64,000 nt of DNA from Phoronis australis (GCA_002633005.1 NMRA01000177.1:635942-699941), one strand, 5' to 3'. Shown: positions 10,812-25,370, counted from the stretch's first letter. Translations and numbers: made by a program. The notes: generated by a model from the letters alone, not told the origin.

Positions 10812-13800
10812 ATGGCCTTCGTTGTTGGAATTGGAGGGTGATTGTTTTCATTATATCGTTTATTCTGAGGTGAATCACCAGGCAATACCGTAGTATTTGC
10901 CTTACACTTCGAAACACTGGTGTCCAGTTACCCCACCTGGTGTCCATTTCAGTGTTCTGGGGTGCAAGAAACCAATCCATTTCAGTGTTCTGGGGTGCAA
11001 GAAAACAATCCTGAAATGAGTGCAATGGCACAGAATGATGCAAAATGTATAGACTTTTTATAAAAGGCGAATTATCTATGAAACATAAGGTGATGACCAA
11101 GTGATGATGGAGATATTTCTCATTTCTTTAGTGTTATTTCTTATAGCTTATCAAAAATTGTGTCCAGGGTGAAGGACACATGAAGTAAAGTCTTCTTATC
11201 ATGGCTGTGTCAGTTTGAACACAGCTTAGCTAATGTCTAACTATGCAAAATTGTTAAAGGTCTGTGAATGCATTTGTTAACAAATTATCTCTGCTTATAA
11301 AAGGATGCTTCACCCGTTTTGGCGGTTTTAATCTATCTTTGTTTTGGCTGCTGGTAATGCACAATTGTCATCTCACTTGAGTGATATAGCAGGATTCAAC
11401 AAAAGGCTCATACTCAAAGTGGATATTATGGTTCTTGGTGGGTGGTCTTTCCATTGAGTTGTAACTGGCCAAAAGTAGTCATAGTTGCCTGTTTAGCATA
11501 CTTTGTGAAGAGGTTTAAAATTTGCTTTAATTTTTTGAGGTTTCACAATGCAGTGCATTAGAGAGATGGATGGAAAAGTGTTATATCTGTTAACTTGCCA
11601 CGACCGGGTTTAGATTTTTGTCATCCAATGAGAAAAATTACTAGTGCCAACCCTGATGGTAAACAAATCCATCACTCCATCAAACAAATGTGCATTACAG
11701 TGACTTCTGCCTCCCGTTCAGTAACGCTAGGACTTCGCTAAAAAGCAAGACTTCGAGAGATTACGCGATAAATTGCCGTGTATTTTAAATGAGAACAGGT
11801 GACTTTGACTTGGTTTTAGCGAGGTCCTATCGTCCACTGAACGCACGCCTGAACTTGCTGGATTGTTTTGGTAGTAAACCAAAGGCAAATCTGGAAGTGT
11901 GAAACTGTCAAGGAGAATTTAAATACAGAGTGATGAACGAGTTTCATTTGCCTACAGTGTGTTTCAATAATTTAATCTATCACAAGCTCTGCCTCTTTGC
12001 GAGATGTGGCCAAATAATAAGTTTTACCTGGCAACGTTTTGTTTGTCGGGTAAAATGGCGCCTTGGAAATGAAGGTGTGTCAAGAATGTTGCTTTCCGAT
12101 TGGTCAATTAAGTCATCTCTCAAAATCCAGGCGATAGGACAATGTACTCTGAATTGTGGTGGCACTTATGTAGAGGGATTATGTTCAAATCTCATGATTG
12201 TTTCTACATTGCCTCAGTACCAAGCTGCCAAAAAACAATGAAAAATGAATTACACCAGTTAAGCCTACTTTCCGTCACAAAAACAACTTTTCATACACCA
12301 GCAGTTGTGATTTTGGTCTCAAATTGTTCCTTACTCATCTTGGAAGTGTTTTGACTGAGGGCTTCGAGACAAACTTGTTTTGAAGAAGTAATGATCTGCC
12401 AGTTATTCGCGAGCGCTGAGATGACTTATAAAGTGAGCAAGGAACAAGATAAGTCCAAATTGATATCGCTAAATGGCCTAAATCAAAATTTGTTTTTTCG
12501 AGAAAGCACAAGTTTAATGCCGCTTAAAGCTCATAAAATCTCTCACGTAGTATTTCTAACCTTCATAGGAGTCGATTTCTGTTACCACGGTAACAGCAAG
12601 ATCACAGTAACCATCAGTGACTCAAGAAAACGCCTTGGGATTTTATAGGGCTTGGCTAATCCTAAAATTGCAATTGGAAAACAGCGCACCTACGCACCAC
12701 ATGTACTTTAGTTGTCAACTCATTCGGCAGTAATTCAAGATCTGATGAGCCTGGCGATATTTTTAAACCCAAGTAAAACTACTTTGGTTAAGAATTCAAT
12801 GTTGACCGCAGAGCATCGACAAAATGGCCCTTGAACAGTTGTCGGGGTGACAAAAAGTGCACCAGTTACCTGTCTTGTATCCAAGATGTTTTCTCGTTTT
12901 TAGTGTCACCAATGGAGGCAAGACAACCGTTGCTAGGAAACTGTTAAAACAGTTGCCCCATGCGTCATGTCTGAACCAGGATGATTACTTCTGGGTATGC
13001 TTTTCGCACCATCACTGTTGTCTAAGTTACATTCAAAGTCACCCATCATTGATCAAAGATTGATTTGTTCTCGAGTGATGACAGAAGTTGCCAGCTTGCT
13101 TTTATCTGGTTTCAATTTTACTAATTATAGGTTGTTCAGTTATTGGCACTTCTTGATTGACCTTGTTGTATGTCACTGGAATGTGTAGTGAGGTTATGCG
13201 GGACATATAGTTAAGAAAAGTGTCCAAAGTTAGCCAACTTCAGAGCTTATCTCAGAAAAATCAACTGTGCTTTATTCATTGTTCTCCAAAATGCTGATAA
13301 CAATTATTACTTGTTTTTAAAGTGTTCCGATTTTTAAGAGGAGCTATCAAAAGTAAAGTCTTAATAAATAATTTTTGTGACCAAAAGTGGAATGATAACT
13401 TAAAAAGCTTTTTGCGATTTCATCTTGAACATTTTCACCAAATTTGGTTATGTTATTGGTACCGTTTTTGGTTGTGTTATTGATACCGTTTTTGGTTATG
13501 TTATTGAAACTATTTTTGGTTATTAATGCACCTTTCTGTTTTGCTAAATTTTACTGAGAAAACATGGTCACACACCTTATTAATAGCAGATTGGCACAAA
13601 GTGAAAAATCAAGTTCTAAAGTTCTTTCTTCTTTCAGAGAATATATATTTTTAGTGAGTTTGAATTGAGTTGAAATATTTGGCTAAATACAATGCCTTGT
13701 CAATCAATAAGATCCTCTGTAACCTCCCTTGTAAAATGATGGAAGCATTGCCTTGTCATGCAGACGTGCGACTTGCATTAAGCATTGACTTGGGTTTAAT

Positions 13801-16800
13801 TTGTGTGAAAACTCGTCTACAATACCTTTTTAATTTTCACACTGGGTATTTCATTCATGTCATGCCACAGATAAAAACTAAAAGATTGGTTATATAACTG
13901 TATGGAACAGATTGTTGTTACTCTGGAGGTATTGGATTATCCAGATGGTGTTTGCAGTGTTTTAGCAACACAAAAACACAATTTAGCTCCAATACAGGCA
14001 TGTGAAACGAAACCTTAAGTAACCTTCTCGCGGCACATTATGTCAGTGCAAGAAAACACCAAGCAAACAACAGTCGATAGGAGTTTTGAACAGGCTCTGG
14101 TATCCACCTTAGAAGTATGTATCTGCTGCTGTTACCAGAGTATACTTAACAGATCAGCAATGTGTATGAGTGTTGTTCATAGCTGTTTGAGGGTTTGCAG
14201 GGGATGTAGATGAAATTCAGGAGACTTATGACTTCAGTGTGGTCAGTTAGCATATTATAAGAACCAAATTTACATGACTTGTGTTTCCATTCAAGGTAGG
14301 ATTTTCTAGTTTCTTGGTGTAAGACGTCAACTTAGGCCTCATTGCATTATACTTGTTCAGCCCGAGTACTCAGTTGTCTAAGTGATGTAGATTCTCCTAT
14401 GTAGTAAGTCACATACATCATCTTGAAGGATGCCTTTTTTACTGGAATAAGTTTCAGAGCCTTTTTAACAGTGGACAAGCTTCCCTATAATTTCATATAA
14501 TTTCATTGTAAAGCAAAGTTTGTAGCTGTTAAGTTTGCTGCGGCAAATTTGGATTGTTCTAGAGATAAGCGTAGTAATTCGAACTGCAAACGCAAAGCAT
14601 CAGCATCTAGGTTGCCACAAGGCGGAAAATATTCGCACAGCCCAAAGAAACTGCATGTCAGTGAGTCTTGTTGTGCCTGTGAAATGGGAAGAGGAAGTGG
14701 AAAAATTATGTAGGAAAGCGCAAAAACGAACAGAAACGTCAAAGCAATGTCATGAATATGTAAATTTCGCGGAATTTCAAGGAACTGAAGAATGTACTTT
14801 CTAAAGCAGTACATTTGGCAACGATGGACATCTGTAGGTGAACGCATGCATGCGTATACTATATCTACTTATCATGTGTATTCTGTTTTAGACTTTAGAG
14901 TGTGATGTTAATTTCTGGACAGAAAAGGGTCTATGGTTGCCACAGTTGGGCCTCCCAAAGTGGGATTGTAAGTTTTCACCCATGTGCATGTTTACTGCCA
15001 AATCGTTTGGTTTTTATCTGCCCTCATAGATTTGTGTGTATATTGCTGTCATCTTTTGTGCACCCTGAGCCCGTCCTCTGGTATGTTGAAAAATCCCTTG
15101 GAGGATCTTCGAGCAAGTTGGCAGATGTGTTCCTATGAAGCTCATGACAGATGAGTAGTGACTTTTGGGTGGATCCTACTACTGCTGGCCCCCCCCTCCC
15201 GTTATATACTATTTTTAATGCTTATACCTCTGTCTTCAGACTTCGGCACCAGATTTTCGTGAAATTTGGCAAACAAGTTTTTACTAAAGAGACAACAACA
15301 CTTTTGTATTTTCGGACGGATTAGATGTCTTTAGTTTCCCAGTGGCCATTTTTATGGTCAAGAACTATATTATCATCTGTAGAAGAATGTCGTTTGCGGT
15401 GCAGTAGTGGATGCATTACTTCATGGCTTTGCGGTGTTCATGTCTGATAATGGAGGTTAAAGGCAGTTTGTTGAACTGAACTCTTATGCTGCCTTAAGAA
15501 TTATTTTGTCAGACGACAGATCTGCTGCACACAATTAGCCTTTATCAGTTAGTCTTGTCCGTCACCTAGCAAACAAGTTACTTCTGGCATGCTGTCAGAA
15601 AACAAACTACCGTGATGTTGTTAGACTGTAATGCAGCTTGCAGGTGTGATGTCATAATTGTCTACTTCCCTTTGGAATTACGTGCTCATTTGCGTACTGA
15701 TAGCTACTAGGTACTTGCGACATAGGAAGTCCTAATTTCATCTTTAACAGTAGTTCTTTCCTTCAGTCATTTCAAAGACCACCTGATGTAATATATTTGA
15801 GCAGTTCAAAGAATAGATAAATTTTTGTTAAAATTTTGTGCTCTAATCATGATTTTTCAACAGGTGAAGAGGCGCTGGACATTGATCGCTTGGTGAATCA
15901 TATTAAAGAATGGAAGAAGAGCTGTCAGTTGGAGGTTGATAGGGACCGGCCTCAGATATTGCTAGTTGAGGGGTTTCTATTGTACACTCACAAGTAAGCC
16001 AACAGGGGTCACTTATGCAGCTCTCACAGGGAAATGTCCAATAAATGACTGAGTTTGATTAAAATGGCTGAAATGTGTTCTGTGCAAGAAGTGAGTGTTT
16101 ACCTTAGACCACTTATAAGCGCTACAAAATTGTTCCCATGTCAGGCATCGATGCATGTCTCCTTTAAGTAATAGACACTGTCGGCAAATGATAGCAGTTA
16201 AATCTGCATTTCACTCTGTTTAGGGGGCTAAAAAGTGCCAAATTGGACCTTTTAGTCTCATAAAATTGGCATTGTTCCTTATTGTAATAGTTGTCTATTC
16301 ATTTTGGGCTCATCTATTCATGGGGCCACAGGCCATAATCAAAAAATTTAATCTTCTCAGTACCACAAACCCTTTGTTAGGGTGTGTTTAGTTACACTGT
16401 CCTACTAGGACAGTTATATGACTAACAGCAGGGTTCACTATGTACTACTTTCTCTTACCTTGGAGGTCAATTTGTAAAGACCTATTGTGTGTAAGGGACA
16501 CCCTGGATTTACAACCATCAGCAAAGTTCTAAGTCAGTATGACCACTAGTTACCCCCCTCAAGCTCAATATTCCCCCCCCCTTTCATGTTCGGTTACCAA
16601 CAAGAACACAAAAACCATCAGCGAATCAAGAAAACGCTTTGAAGTTTACTGGGGTTAGCCAACCCAAAATTATGGATCCAAAAATGGCTCATGTATGCAT
16701 TAGCTTGATTTGTTGGCTCTGTTGGCATTAATTCAAGATCGGATGAATCAGAGTGGTGAATGTTTTTAAATACCAAAACGATTCAGTTATGAATTCAACG

Positions 16801-19245
16801 TTTATACCTTAGCAGGTTAAACTGCAACTTTGAAACAACTAAAACGACGAACTTCATATAAAAGTTTACGTGTCTTAAAGAAAAATCGCAGCCCTGGAAA
16901 CATCATAATCGCAGAAGAATGAACTCGACGTCAGCTTTATTAAATAAAAATTGTATTGAAGGTGTGAGGAGAGTCCACATGTCCTGGCAGTTTGTAGTTC
17001 ACCTTATTTAGTTGCTCTGGCATTCCTGTTTTTAGCGAATCTCAGGTGCCCCATATTTTTGGCAATGTCTTGGTCAGGATCTTGAATCCTTGTCCAGCGG
17101 CGTCTGCGTTGAACTTGTTTTTGTGTCTCATATTTCAGAGAGCTCTGTTCCCTGTTTGATAAAAAGTTCTTTTTGCTGTTGCCTTATGAGGAGTGCAAGA
17201 AGAGACGAATGTAAGTCATATTTAAACCAGCATCAACCAATATTCTTTTATAAAAATCTAAGTTAATTTTCTTTAGACACCAAAGTCGGTTAAGAATTGT
17301 CTTTAAATGAAAGATACCCACTCGTAATGAGCCTGCATAGATGTGATTAGCTCAGCCTAGTGATAGTGCTCTCAGTATATTTCAATTACAAAATCAGGCA
17401 GTTGTTTTGGTCATGGTAGATTACGTGCGATAATTAACTGAAGGAGAGATAAATTAACTCGATTTCAGATTTCACTCTCATGAGCATCCATGGTTGTCAG
17501 GAAAGGAAAACTTTTTCTTCTTTCTGTTGGATTTAATGAATTCTTGTGATTTAGGTATAATAATATTAGAGTATCTGTAGGAGATATATTTCACGTGTTA
17601 GCCAAGGGTTAGTTTGCAACGGGGTCCTATCATATATACTAGAAAGGTATAGCAATAACACCTGGCCACATTATGTATGAGAATACATACAAAGTGGGCT
17701 ATGGGACAGGAGGCCTTAATCAATGAGCCCAGGGTCTAGAAATGTGGTCTATTGGTATTAAACCTGCACCCTTTGAATTGGGAAGTGACAACTCAATCAC
17801 TTGGCCACACTGCTTTCACAAACATGCGGAATATCACTAATTGCATTTGTTTTATTACAGGCGCAGGACGTATTTTCCTCCTGGACCAGTGGAATATTTT
17901 GATGTCGTTGCATGGCCCGCTCATCTAAAGTTTAAAAGTGAAGTGGCCGATCAAGATGACATAGGTAAGCCAATTAAGTGTATGTACTACACAGTTACTA
18001 CTCAGAGTGGTGTTTTATTTCTGGTCATGAGTCACGCATGGTATTTTAACCATTGGATCTGGTGCCTTGACGTATTTCTCATCTGCTTTTGATTGTTGTC
18101 GTGGTGACATTTATGTTTCTGTTCTTAATTAATTCGAAAGTGCTTAAGAGTTACCATCTGTAGACCATCTGGCTGTTTTTCATCGCATGAACATGGAATT
18201 TTATGCAAAATTTGGAACCCTCCACGAAAATCTCCAAAGTTTTCGTAAACCTTTCTTGTTGAATGTGACCTTTGTCACAAATCGCGGGAGTCGTGTTTAG
18301 ACTTCGAAAACAACCCCTTTTTCTTTAGCTTTTGTTCACAGATGCGTCACTAGGGTACCCATAGGATATGCCCCCTGGAGCTCCTGGTCACTTTGTTATC
18401 TCGTGCCATGATTTTTATTGGTCTACATGCGTGAGCGGATATCGCTATCCTTTTCCGTCTGTCATCCTTAACTCCTTGATGGATGAGATAAATTTCTATT
18501 GTTACTGTTTATGGATTTAACTACTCCTGTGCCATCCTGAAGGCCTCAGGTATTTTTGTAGTTTCAAATTTCCCCTCGAAGGTGTCTCATACCTGGGTAC
18601 GTGCAAACATATTGCGGCAATAAATCCTTGTTACCTTGAAGAAACTGAATTTTGATTTGGACCACCTACAGCTATGAAAGTGGTTTCAGCTTGCTCTTTA
18701 CTCGGACGAGAAGTGATTTTTGGTCTTGCCCAGAAATGACAATCTGTTTGAGACTATAGTNGGGTGGATGACTTGGAGGCTGCAACAAGTCTTCTTATAG
18801 AGCCTGGTCTCAAGCAATAACCAACTGCCAGCTCTTTCCAATCCCAGAAATGACACCTACGGTATTTTAAAAGGATTAATTCGAGACCAGTTTCTTTACT
18901 ATAAATGGTCTAAATCATTTTTTTTTCTGGCGGAAGGCGGTTTACAATCATTCGGCCAACAATTTTCCACATTGAGAAAGGATATGTGTGATTTGAAGTC
19001 TGTATATGTGCAGATAAATATCAGTCATCTTATCAAAAAAAAGTAGCCAATGCATCAGCTGCAGTAGTTGGGAATGGCCGTGATGTGCCGTAAGCGCTGA
19101 CTTGAGGCCATTAACGGACATGGCAGAGTTTTGTCATAGGACTGTTGTTAGAATTCTTGTTTCAGTGTATGTGAGCGGGACCAACGAACCAGATACAGTG
19201 TTCAACATAATATACAACGAAATAAGGAGGATGTATGGACGTTGA
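10812..19245 (+). CDS. NMRK1: Nicotinamide riboside kinase (NRK1-like), copy A. Exons 10812-10837, 12904-12994, 14892-14967, 15864-15993, 17139-17210, 17861-17964, 19166-19245
   Basis: The spliced ORF is intact. It has the P-loop GIGGVTNGGKTT, QDDYF, WD, ILLVEGFLLY, LPYEECKKRR, YFPP..YFD...WP and YVSGT, collinear with NRK1. Confidence 0.9.
10942..11004. repeat. 33-bp direct tandem duplication in NMRK-A intron 1
   Basis: TCCATTTCAGTGTTCTGGGGTGCAAGAAA occurs twice. Confidence 0.8.
13443..13525. repeat. Tandem repeat of about 24-25 bp (TTTGGTTATGTTATTGATACCG-like), about 3 copies; one related unit at ~47650
   Basis: Directly visible. Confidence 0.7.
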
Positions 19246-21829
19246 CTAGTCAGGTGACTTTGATCGAGTGGACCGCTGCTCAGCACGATGTGCCAAGCCA
19301 TGTACTTTGGGTTGATCAATTTGTGGCATGGAATGAATGGAGAGTGACTCACGTGACTGTACACAAGAGAGGAAAAGCACTTTAATTTGCTTAAACAGCC
19401 AATCTAGACTGTCTTGAATCTAAAATAAAGTGCAAAACATACATTAGTTAAAAGTGGAATATTTTTGTATTTCTCATGTCGAATCCATCTGATGTGATAT
19501 AATTGGGGATCAGGTTATGATGATTACTGTGATGTGTTGCATTCCAGAAAACACTGGACCTAATCTGGGAGGATTTCCACCGCTGAAGACTATTGCGGCA
19601 GATTTTTATTTCCCATTATCTGCATTGTGGTAGATTTGTGTCACATTCTATTCCAGTAATCCTCAGAGCACATTGATATGAAATGGAACTGTTTCATGTA
19701 AAGTGACTCAAGACTTAAAGACAGAAATGTGGTCTTATACTCCACACAAATATATCTGAAAAATAATTAAATCTTACACTGAGCAAAAGGCAATGTCTCT
19801 GAGAACATACAAATAACTGCAAGATACTGAGATAATCTCTATAAATTATTTCTAGACTGGGATGCGCTCAGAATTAAACATTTGTTCACTAATTGTGAAG
19901 TAGAAGTGGACCCAAGGGGAAATGTATCCTAATAGATAGCTGGTTCACAAAAGTGTGAACATTGTGTGAAATCTTCCCCGGAAATGGTACAAAGCAATAA
20001 TTAACTGTATTTTGTGTCATTCTGTTTTTGTCAGCCTCTTTTTCAGCTTTACATCTTGGTTCCATAAAATCTCAGTGATACTCCTAAATTTTTACAAACT
20101 TTTGTTCCATATTCATAATCATTAAAATGGATTATTTGGGACGAGGATGTTCACTCAGGAAATGTCATCTGTTGAGATTCATTAAAGCATTGTTATTTGT
20201 TGTCAAAGAGAGGCAATGTGGCTTGGAGGAAGGATGAAGTTATAAATATATAATTACAAGTAAATGCATTTGTTATCATGAAAAAATCGTACCAGTAATG
20301 GCCGGGGGTGTTCAATTATTTTTGTTGTGGAACGCATCTGGAAAATTATGATACCCACCCATTTGGAGAATACACACCAAAAAGGGACATGCTGTTAGGT
20401 AACCTCCACACAAGTCATGAGTTTCTAGAGTTTTGTTACAGAAATATAACACTTTTGTCATTTGTTGGGGTTGACACCACCCCTTGCTTACTTGTTCTAA
20501 CTTCTTAGATAGCTGAGATTTTATCTAATAGTGATTAAGTCTGAACAGGAAGAGATCCTAATTTTGTCAAAAATGAGCATATAATTTTGAAAGCCTTCAG
20601 TAGTTGTAAAAAAGGAGCTTTTGTAGTTTAGAACTGTTGTAGGGAACTATTCGGAGAGGGTATCGTTTCATAGGGAATTTCGTCTGGAAACTGAGGCACC
20701 TGTTCATAGTGAAACTGGTCGTGAGAAAGTCACCACTCTGAGCGGCTATAGTGCCCCTTTAGGAATTAATACACGACCGGGCGGTAATGTCAACCGGAGA
20801 CTGGGCGTTTTCACAGAAACGTGTCGGGGCTTATACAGAAACTGTGATCAAGCCTAAAGCAAAAAAATCACATGTGATAGCCACGTTTATACTGGTGTCG
20901 TAAACAGATCGTTTCCAGGCGGCGACGTTTTGTTAGGTTAATGTCGGCGCTAGACTCATCTTCACTCCGGGCCAAAGTTACTCAGCCATCGTGTTAATCA
21001 AACGTTATCAGCTGTGTTGTGAAACCATACTTAGTGCAAAAGTCTGTTACCGACTATAACGATTCGAACACAGGTTAAATTTCGCATTTTATGCTCTAGT
21101 TATGAGTCATAAACGTTTATTTTTTAATGTGGCCTTGTCCTAACAGGGCTGTCATTCCAAAAATTCCACGGGAAAAAATGGTTTCCCGAGTTTTTGTTAG
21201 CTCTGAAGGCGGGCAATTAAATGATATTGAATTACCTGAATTTTATCGTGGCTTCGTCAAAATTCATATGTTATAAAACATCCGTCTGTGAATCCCGTTC
21301 ATAAAAATGCAAACCAGAATTCTTGTCGGCTCTTCATGTCAGGATGGAAAGTACCAGACGTTTGCGACCAGGCCCGGCCAAAATTCCAGCTCGCAAAATT
21401 CAGATTACTTATTCAAATCACAGGTCGACCAAAAACGACGTCTTCCTTATTGAGACATCGGTATACCAGGGGTGTATGAAGCAGGGGCTGGGGCCGGGGG
21501 AGGGGCATTTGTAGGCGTCAAGGTTAAATCGTGGCAACCGAATAGGCGAGAAAAGAAAGACTGCGAATACGGATAAGAGAGAAAATTCAAGACAACATTT
21601 GACAACTCAGCAAAGTGCATGGTTTACCCTTTTGAGGGCCCTGGCCAGGACGTTGTTGTTAGGGTCTCTGTTTTTGCAGCACAGGTCTTCTAAACGCACT
21701 TGAAAACATGCACTTAATAATCCAGGTGTATTTCGAAAAATCGGAGGACATTTTAAATTCAATAAGACAATTTTGCGAATGAAAGGCTACATTTTTCCAG
21801 AGTCTCCTCTCTGGTAAGGGATAATGGAG

Positions 21830-22850
21830 ACAAATTTGGCGTTCTATTTTTCTCACTTGAGAAATATTGATGACCTGAAAGATAAATCCTGGAAAATGGA
21901 CTTCAACGTTTCCAAATGCAAATGATATTCTACGGGTCCACAGAAAACGCTCCTCCATAATAGCCCTATACAATAACTCACAACGCATCGCTCAAATGCA
22001 TAGAATAAAGCCCCATACATGCGCACACCCAGCCTTCAANNNNNNNNNNNNNNNNNNNNNNNNNNNNNNNNNNNNNNNNNNNNNNNNNNNNNNNNNNNNN
22101 NNNNNNNNNNNNNNNNNNNNNNNNNNNNNNNNNNNNNNNNNNNNNNNNNNNNNNNNNNNNNNNNNNNNNNNNNNNNNNNNNNNNNNNNNNNNNNNNNNNN
22201 NNNNNNNNNNNNNNNNNNNNNNNNNNNNNNNCCCCGAGCCACCCCTGGGTGCGCGCATGCCATACCTTGCGATCACTCGACATACCAATAATTTATTATG
22301 GAACACCCGCATAGACACAAAATAGAACTCTTGGCTTCATTATTTAACGCAACCTCAAATATTCCCCGTGAAACAAAAGCCCCGGCCTTCACGGCTTAGG
22401 CCCAAACTTGAATATTTCTCCTCTGTCTGGGATCCCCCCACTCGCTCCAATATTGACAAGATTGAAAGAAAGAGCATAGTGCAGCCAGCAGGTTCGTTCT
22501 ATGTAATGACCACTCCAGATACTCCTCGATCTGTTTCTTCTATGCTTACCACTCTCAAATGGCCCACTCTTCAAGAAAGGCGTGCACAAAATAAACTATT
22601 CCCCATGTACAAGACCGTACACAGCCTGGTTGCCATTCCCCACACATACCTTCCACCCACACGATTTCTAGATCACGAAATTCCCACTCACACCTTCGAC
22701 TGAGAGAATGTACATTCGCACTGCATACTACGCAATTTTTTTCTTCCCATCTACTATTTTACTCTGGAACAGACTCCCGCAACAACAATGCCAGCAGTCT
22801 CATCAGAAACATGACAGAGATGTTCACAGGCCACGTCTCGCCAAACATCA
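21830..22850 (+). mobile_element. Degraded non-LTR retrotransposon (CR1/L2-group-like) 3' fragment spanning an assembly gap
   Basis: Frameshifted post-RT peptides FNVSKC, RPKLEYFSSVWDP, IDKIE, LKWPTLQERR and FFPSTILLWNRLP. Confidence 0.75.
22018..22259. mobile_element. MITE nested in the LINE fragment; its interior is an N gap
   Basis: TIRs CATGCGCACACCCAG / CTGGGTGCGCGCATG flanked by a CCATA duplication. The same end sequence occurs at ~44959-44973. Confidence 0.6.
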
Positions 22851-23295
22851 ACATTACTCAGTAAACAATGAAACTTATTTTATCCCGACACTAACCCGCA
22901 CTTTGTTTTGTTGCTATTTTCACAGTTATGCACAGTTCAGTTTACAACTAACATGCGCCAACATATAAGGATCAGTATTTCGATCGTTTGTTGAAAACTA
23001 TAAGAAGTAGAATTGATGGCTCGTCAGATTCCAGTTTGAAGTTACATTTCATAAGGCCTGTCGGGAGGAGCTCGTCGATGACATCCATGGCCATTCCCTG
23101 TTTTTTTAATTAATATCTTTTTAAGGGCCGCGCTCAGAAGGGAGCCTCATGATGCGTGAAGTCGCAAGTGACATACCCACGCCGGGATTCAAGATTTGCA
23201 GACGTTGCGCTTTTCCCGCGAAATCATTGTTATATAGCCTCTTCAAACCGAAGAGTAAGTAAATAATGCGCTTTACGGATGCCGGATTGTGATTA

Positions 23296-23908
23296 ATGGC
23301 TGCTAAACCAGAACCATTTCAAACAAACGGAAAGTATACATGCGTAATCAAGAGAGTAAGTCTGAAGATTGGGGTGATTTCTAATTTTATGACTTCGTTT
23401 CGTGATGTAGCCCTCATAGGTGATCGTGGAGCATATATGCGAGTAATGGTAGTGAACCATAGATTGTGCGTCAACCGACAGGCCACGTGCACGCTGTCGG
23501 TGATCTGAAAGATGCGAGCAATATACATGTAGAGATCGATAACATCACCTGTTGAGTACCCAACCTTAAACAGTGGACGAATTTCAGGAACTGGTTTTAG
23601 GTTCTTGTCTTTGCTGCCTTGAACTGAATTTTGTTGGCGGCGTGTATAACTTGAACCTAGTTCAAGTGAAAACAATCAAGATAAATCTAGTGGATGTTGT
23701 GAACTTTGAACAGTTTATCTTGACTTTTCTCTCTGATTCAGCCATTGAAGAAGAGGTCCCGGCGAGGAAGTTGACCCAAACTGATCACCTGAACAAGCAG
23801 CTCCTGAACTCAATTTTGGACCGTCTCAACCAACAATCGACGGCATCTGGTGGGCAGTCGCCAGAACTTACAAGAAGGATTGGCAGACTGGGAGACAGAA
23901 GAACTTGA
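23296..23908 (+). pseudogene. Degenerate microprotein copy, exons 23296-23355 and 23742-23908
   Basis: Exon 1 now ends in phase 0, so splicing shifts frame into an early stop. A second frameshift follows SPE in exon 2. Confidence 0.7.
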
Positions 23909-24106
23909 CAAGCTAACAGATAACTAGCACGGAAACAAACTAACACAAAGAGATAGTGTCAGTGAGAGGGAAATATTTGGCATCAACATTTTTTGATGTG
24001 GATGTAGTTTAATCACAAGCCTGTAGGTGTCACTAGTGTCAAGTACATAGATGAACTAAACACAGTCTTTCCGAGGACATTTCGGCCTACAAGTGAACAC
24101 AGAAGA

Positions 24107-24132
24107 ATGTCATTCGTTGTTGGAATCGGAGG
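24107..24132 (+). pseudogene. Orphan duplicate of the NMRK first coding exon (MSFVVGIG)
   Basis: Identical to 27608-27633, with a GTAATT donor but no exon 2 of its own in this copy. Confidence 0.65.
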
Positions 24133-25370
24133 GTAATTAAAGCTGCTATAAGCCTTCCCTTGCATTACAATAACAAACTTTTGATTGGAACTGCTTACCG
24201 TCATGAAATTGGTCTGTATCAAACTCTTACTTAATTTCTAGTAGTCGAATTGGAGATGATTTTGGGGTCATAGTACAGCGTTTTCCTGTTGATCCCAACT
24301 TGTTCGATTCAATAGCCTAATGTTCAGCAAGTTGGGAAGATGACCCCTGTAGCCAATCTTACACGACTGATTAATTCCATTCTGGCATTTATGGTTGGAA
24401 GGCCAGCTCTCTGTTGTTCGATAATTGCTGTAATCCCCAATTTAAAGATCGTATCTAGCCTGAGTGGGCTGTGCTGTTAAAAACAAAAGTTAAGAAATAA
24501 CATATTTGAACATAAACCGATAGCATTTCTGAATTTCTCGTCAAATGCTGACCATGTTTAGTTTTTGAATCGCCGTACTTGCAACTGAAGTTACGGCAAT
24601 CTATTCTTTCCGAACGTACCAATTTACTCTGGGTTTGGCTGTGTTCACAGGTGGTCTGTAATAAACGTGGTAGATAATTGGCCTGCCTGTTATCCCAGAC
24701 AAAAGACTGTTCGTGGCAATTGAGTTAACAAAGGAGCTAGATGTTATCACAGGCTCACAACCCTCTATGTCTGGTAAAGAGAACACCCTCATGTTACGAA
24801 AGAACTGGCGGTTCGCTATTGCTTGAGACCAGCTCTGTACAAGTTGGCTTAATTGTCGCGGCATGTCTTTTTTGTGTAAGACTGCAAATCACTTCTCATT
24901 TGAGTACTGGACACTTGTGAGACCAATTGTGTAGCGGTAAGGGGGTCTAAATCAAAATTTAGTTTCTTTGACGTAACACTGGATTATTGGTGCTTTAGCA
25001 TATTATATATAGTTGAGGTTATAGCCTGAATTTCCCTGAGGGGAATCACTACAGACGGGGTGAAGTCTCCAGCTTTGGCAATAAGCTCAACTCATATCAA
25101 GGATCGACACTTTAGCATACGGATATGCAACTTGCCAAATGCGACCTGGCAAAATTCCCAGGTCAGCAAACAGGAACTAAAGTAACTAAACCCTGTTGGC
25201 AAGAGCCGAAATTGAAATTATTGAGATACCTCAAGCAGGAATTCATCCAGGATTTCAAAAATAGGGCATCCAAAATAGTTTTCCCAATTTCTCAGGGCGT
25301 CCATGACCAATAACGCGTGACAAGTGGGTGAACTCGGTAAATTTCTGTCAATGCACCTAATATCATATGA

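Noticed and set aside
9235-10837. In-frame fusion of the microprotein to NMRK
   Set aside because: Stops intervene, and splicing exon 1 to the weak acceptor at 10790 is out of frame with the NMRK ATG.
21978-22325. ORFs containing X runs
   Set aside because: Artefacts of the N gap.
23573-23908. 111-aa ORF (and the 102-aa ORF at 27099-27407) as standalone genes
   Set aside because: They are intron read-in to degenerate microprotein exon 2, with non-ATG starts.
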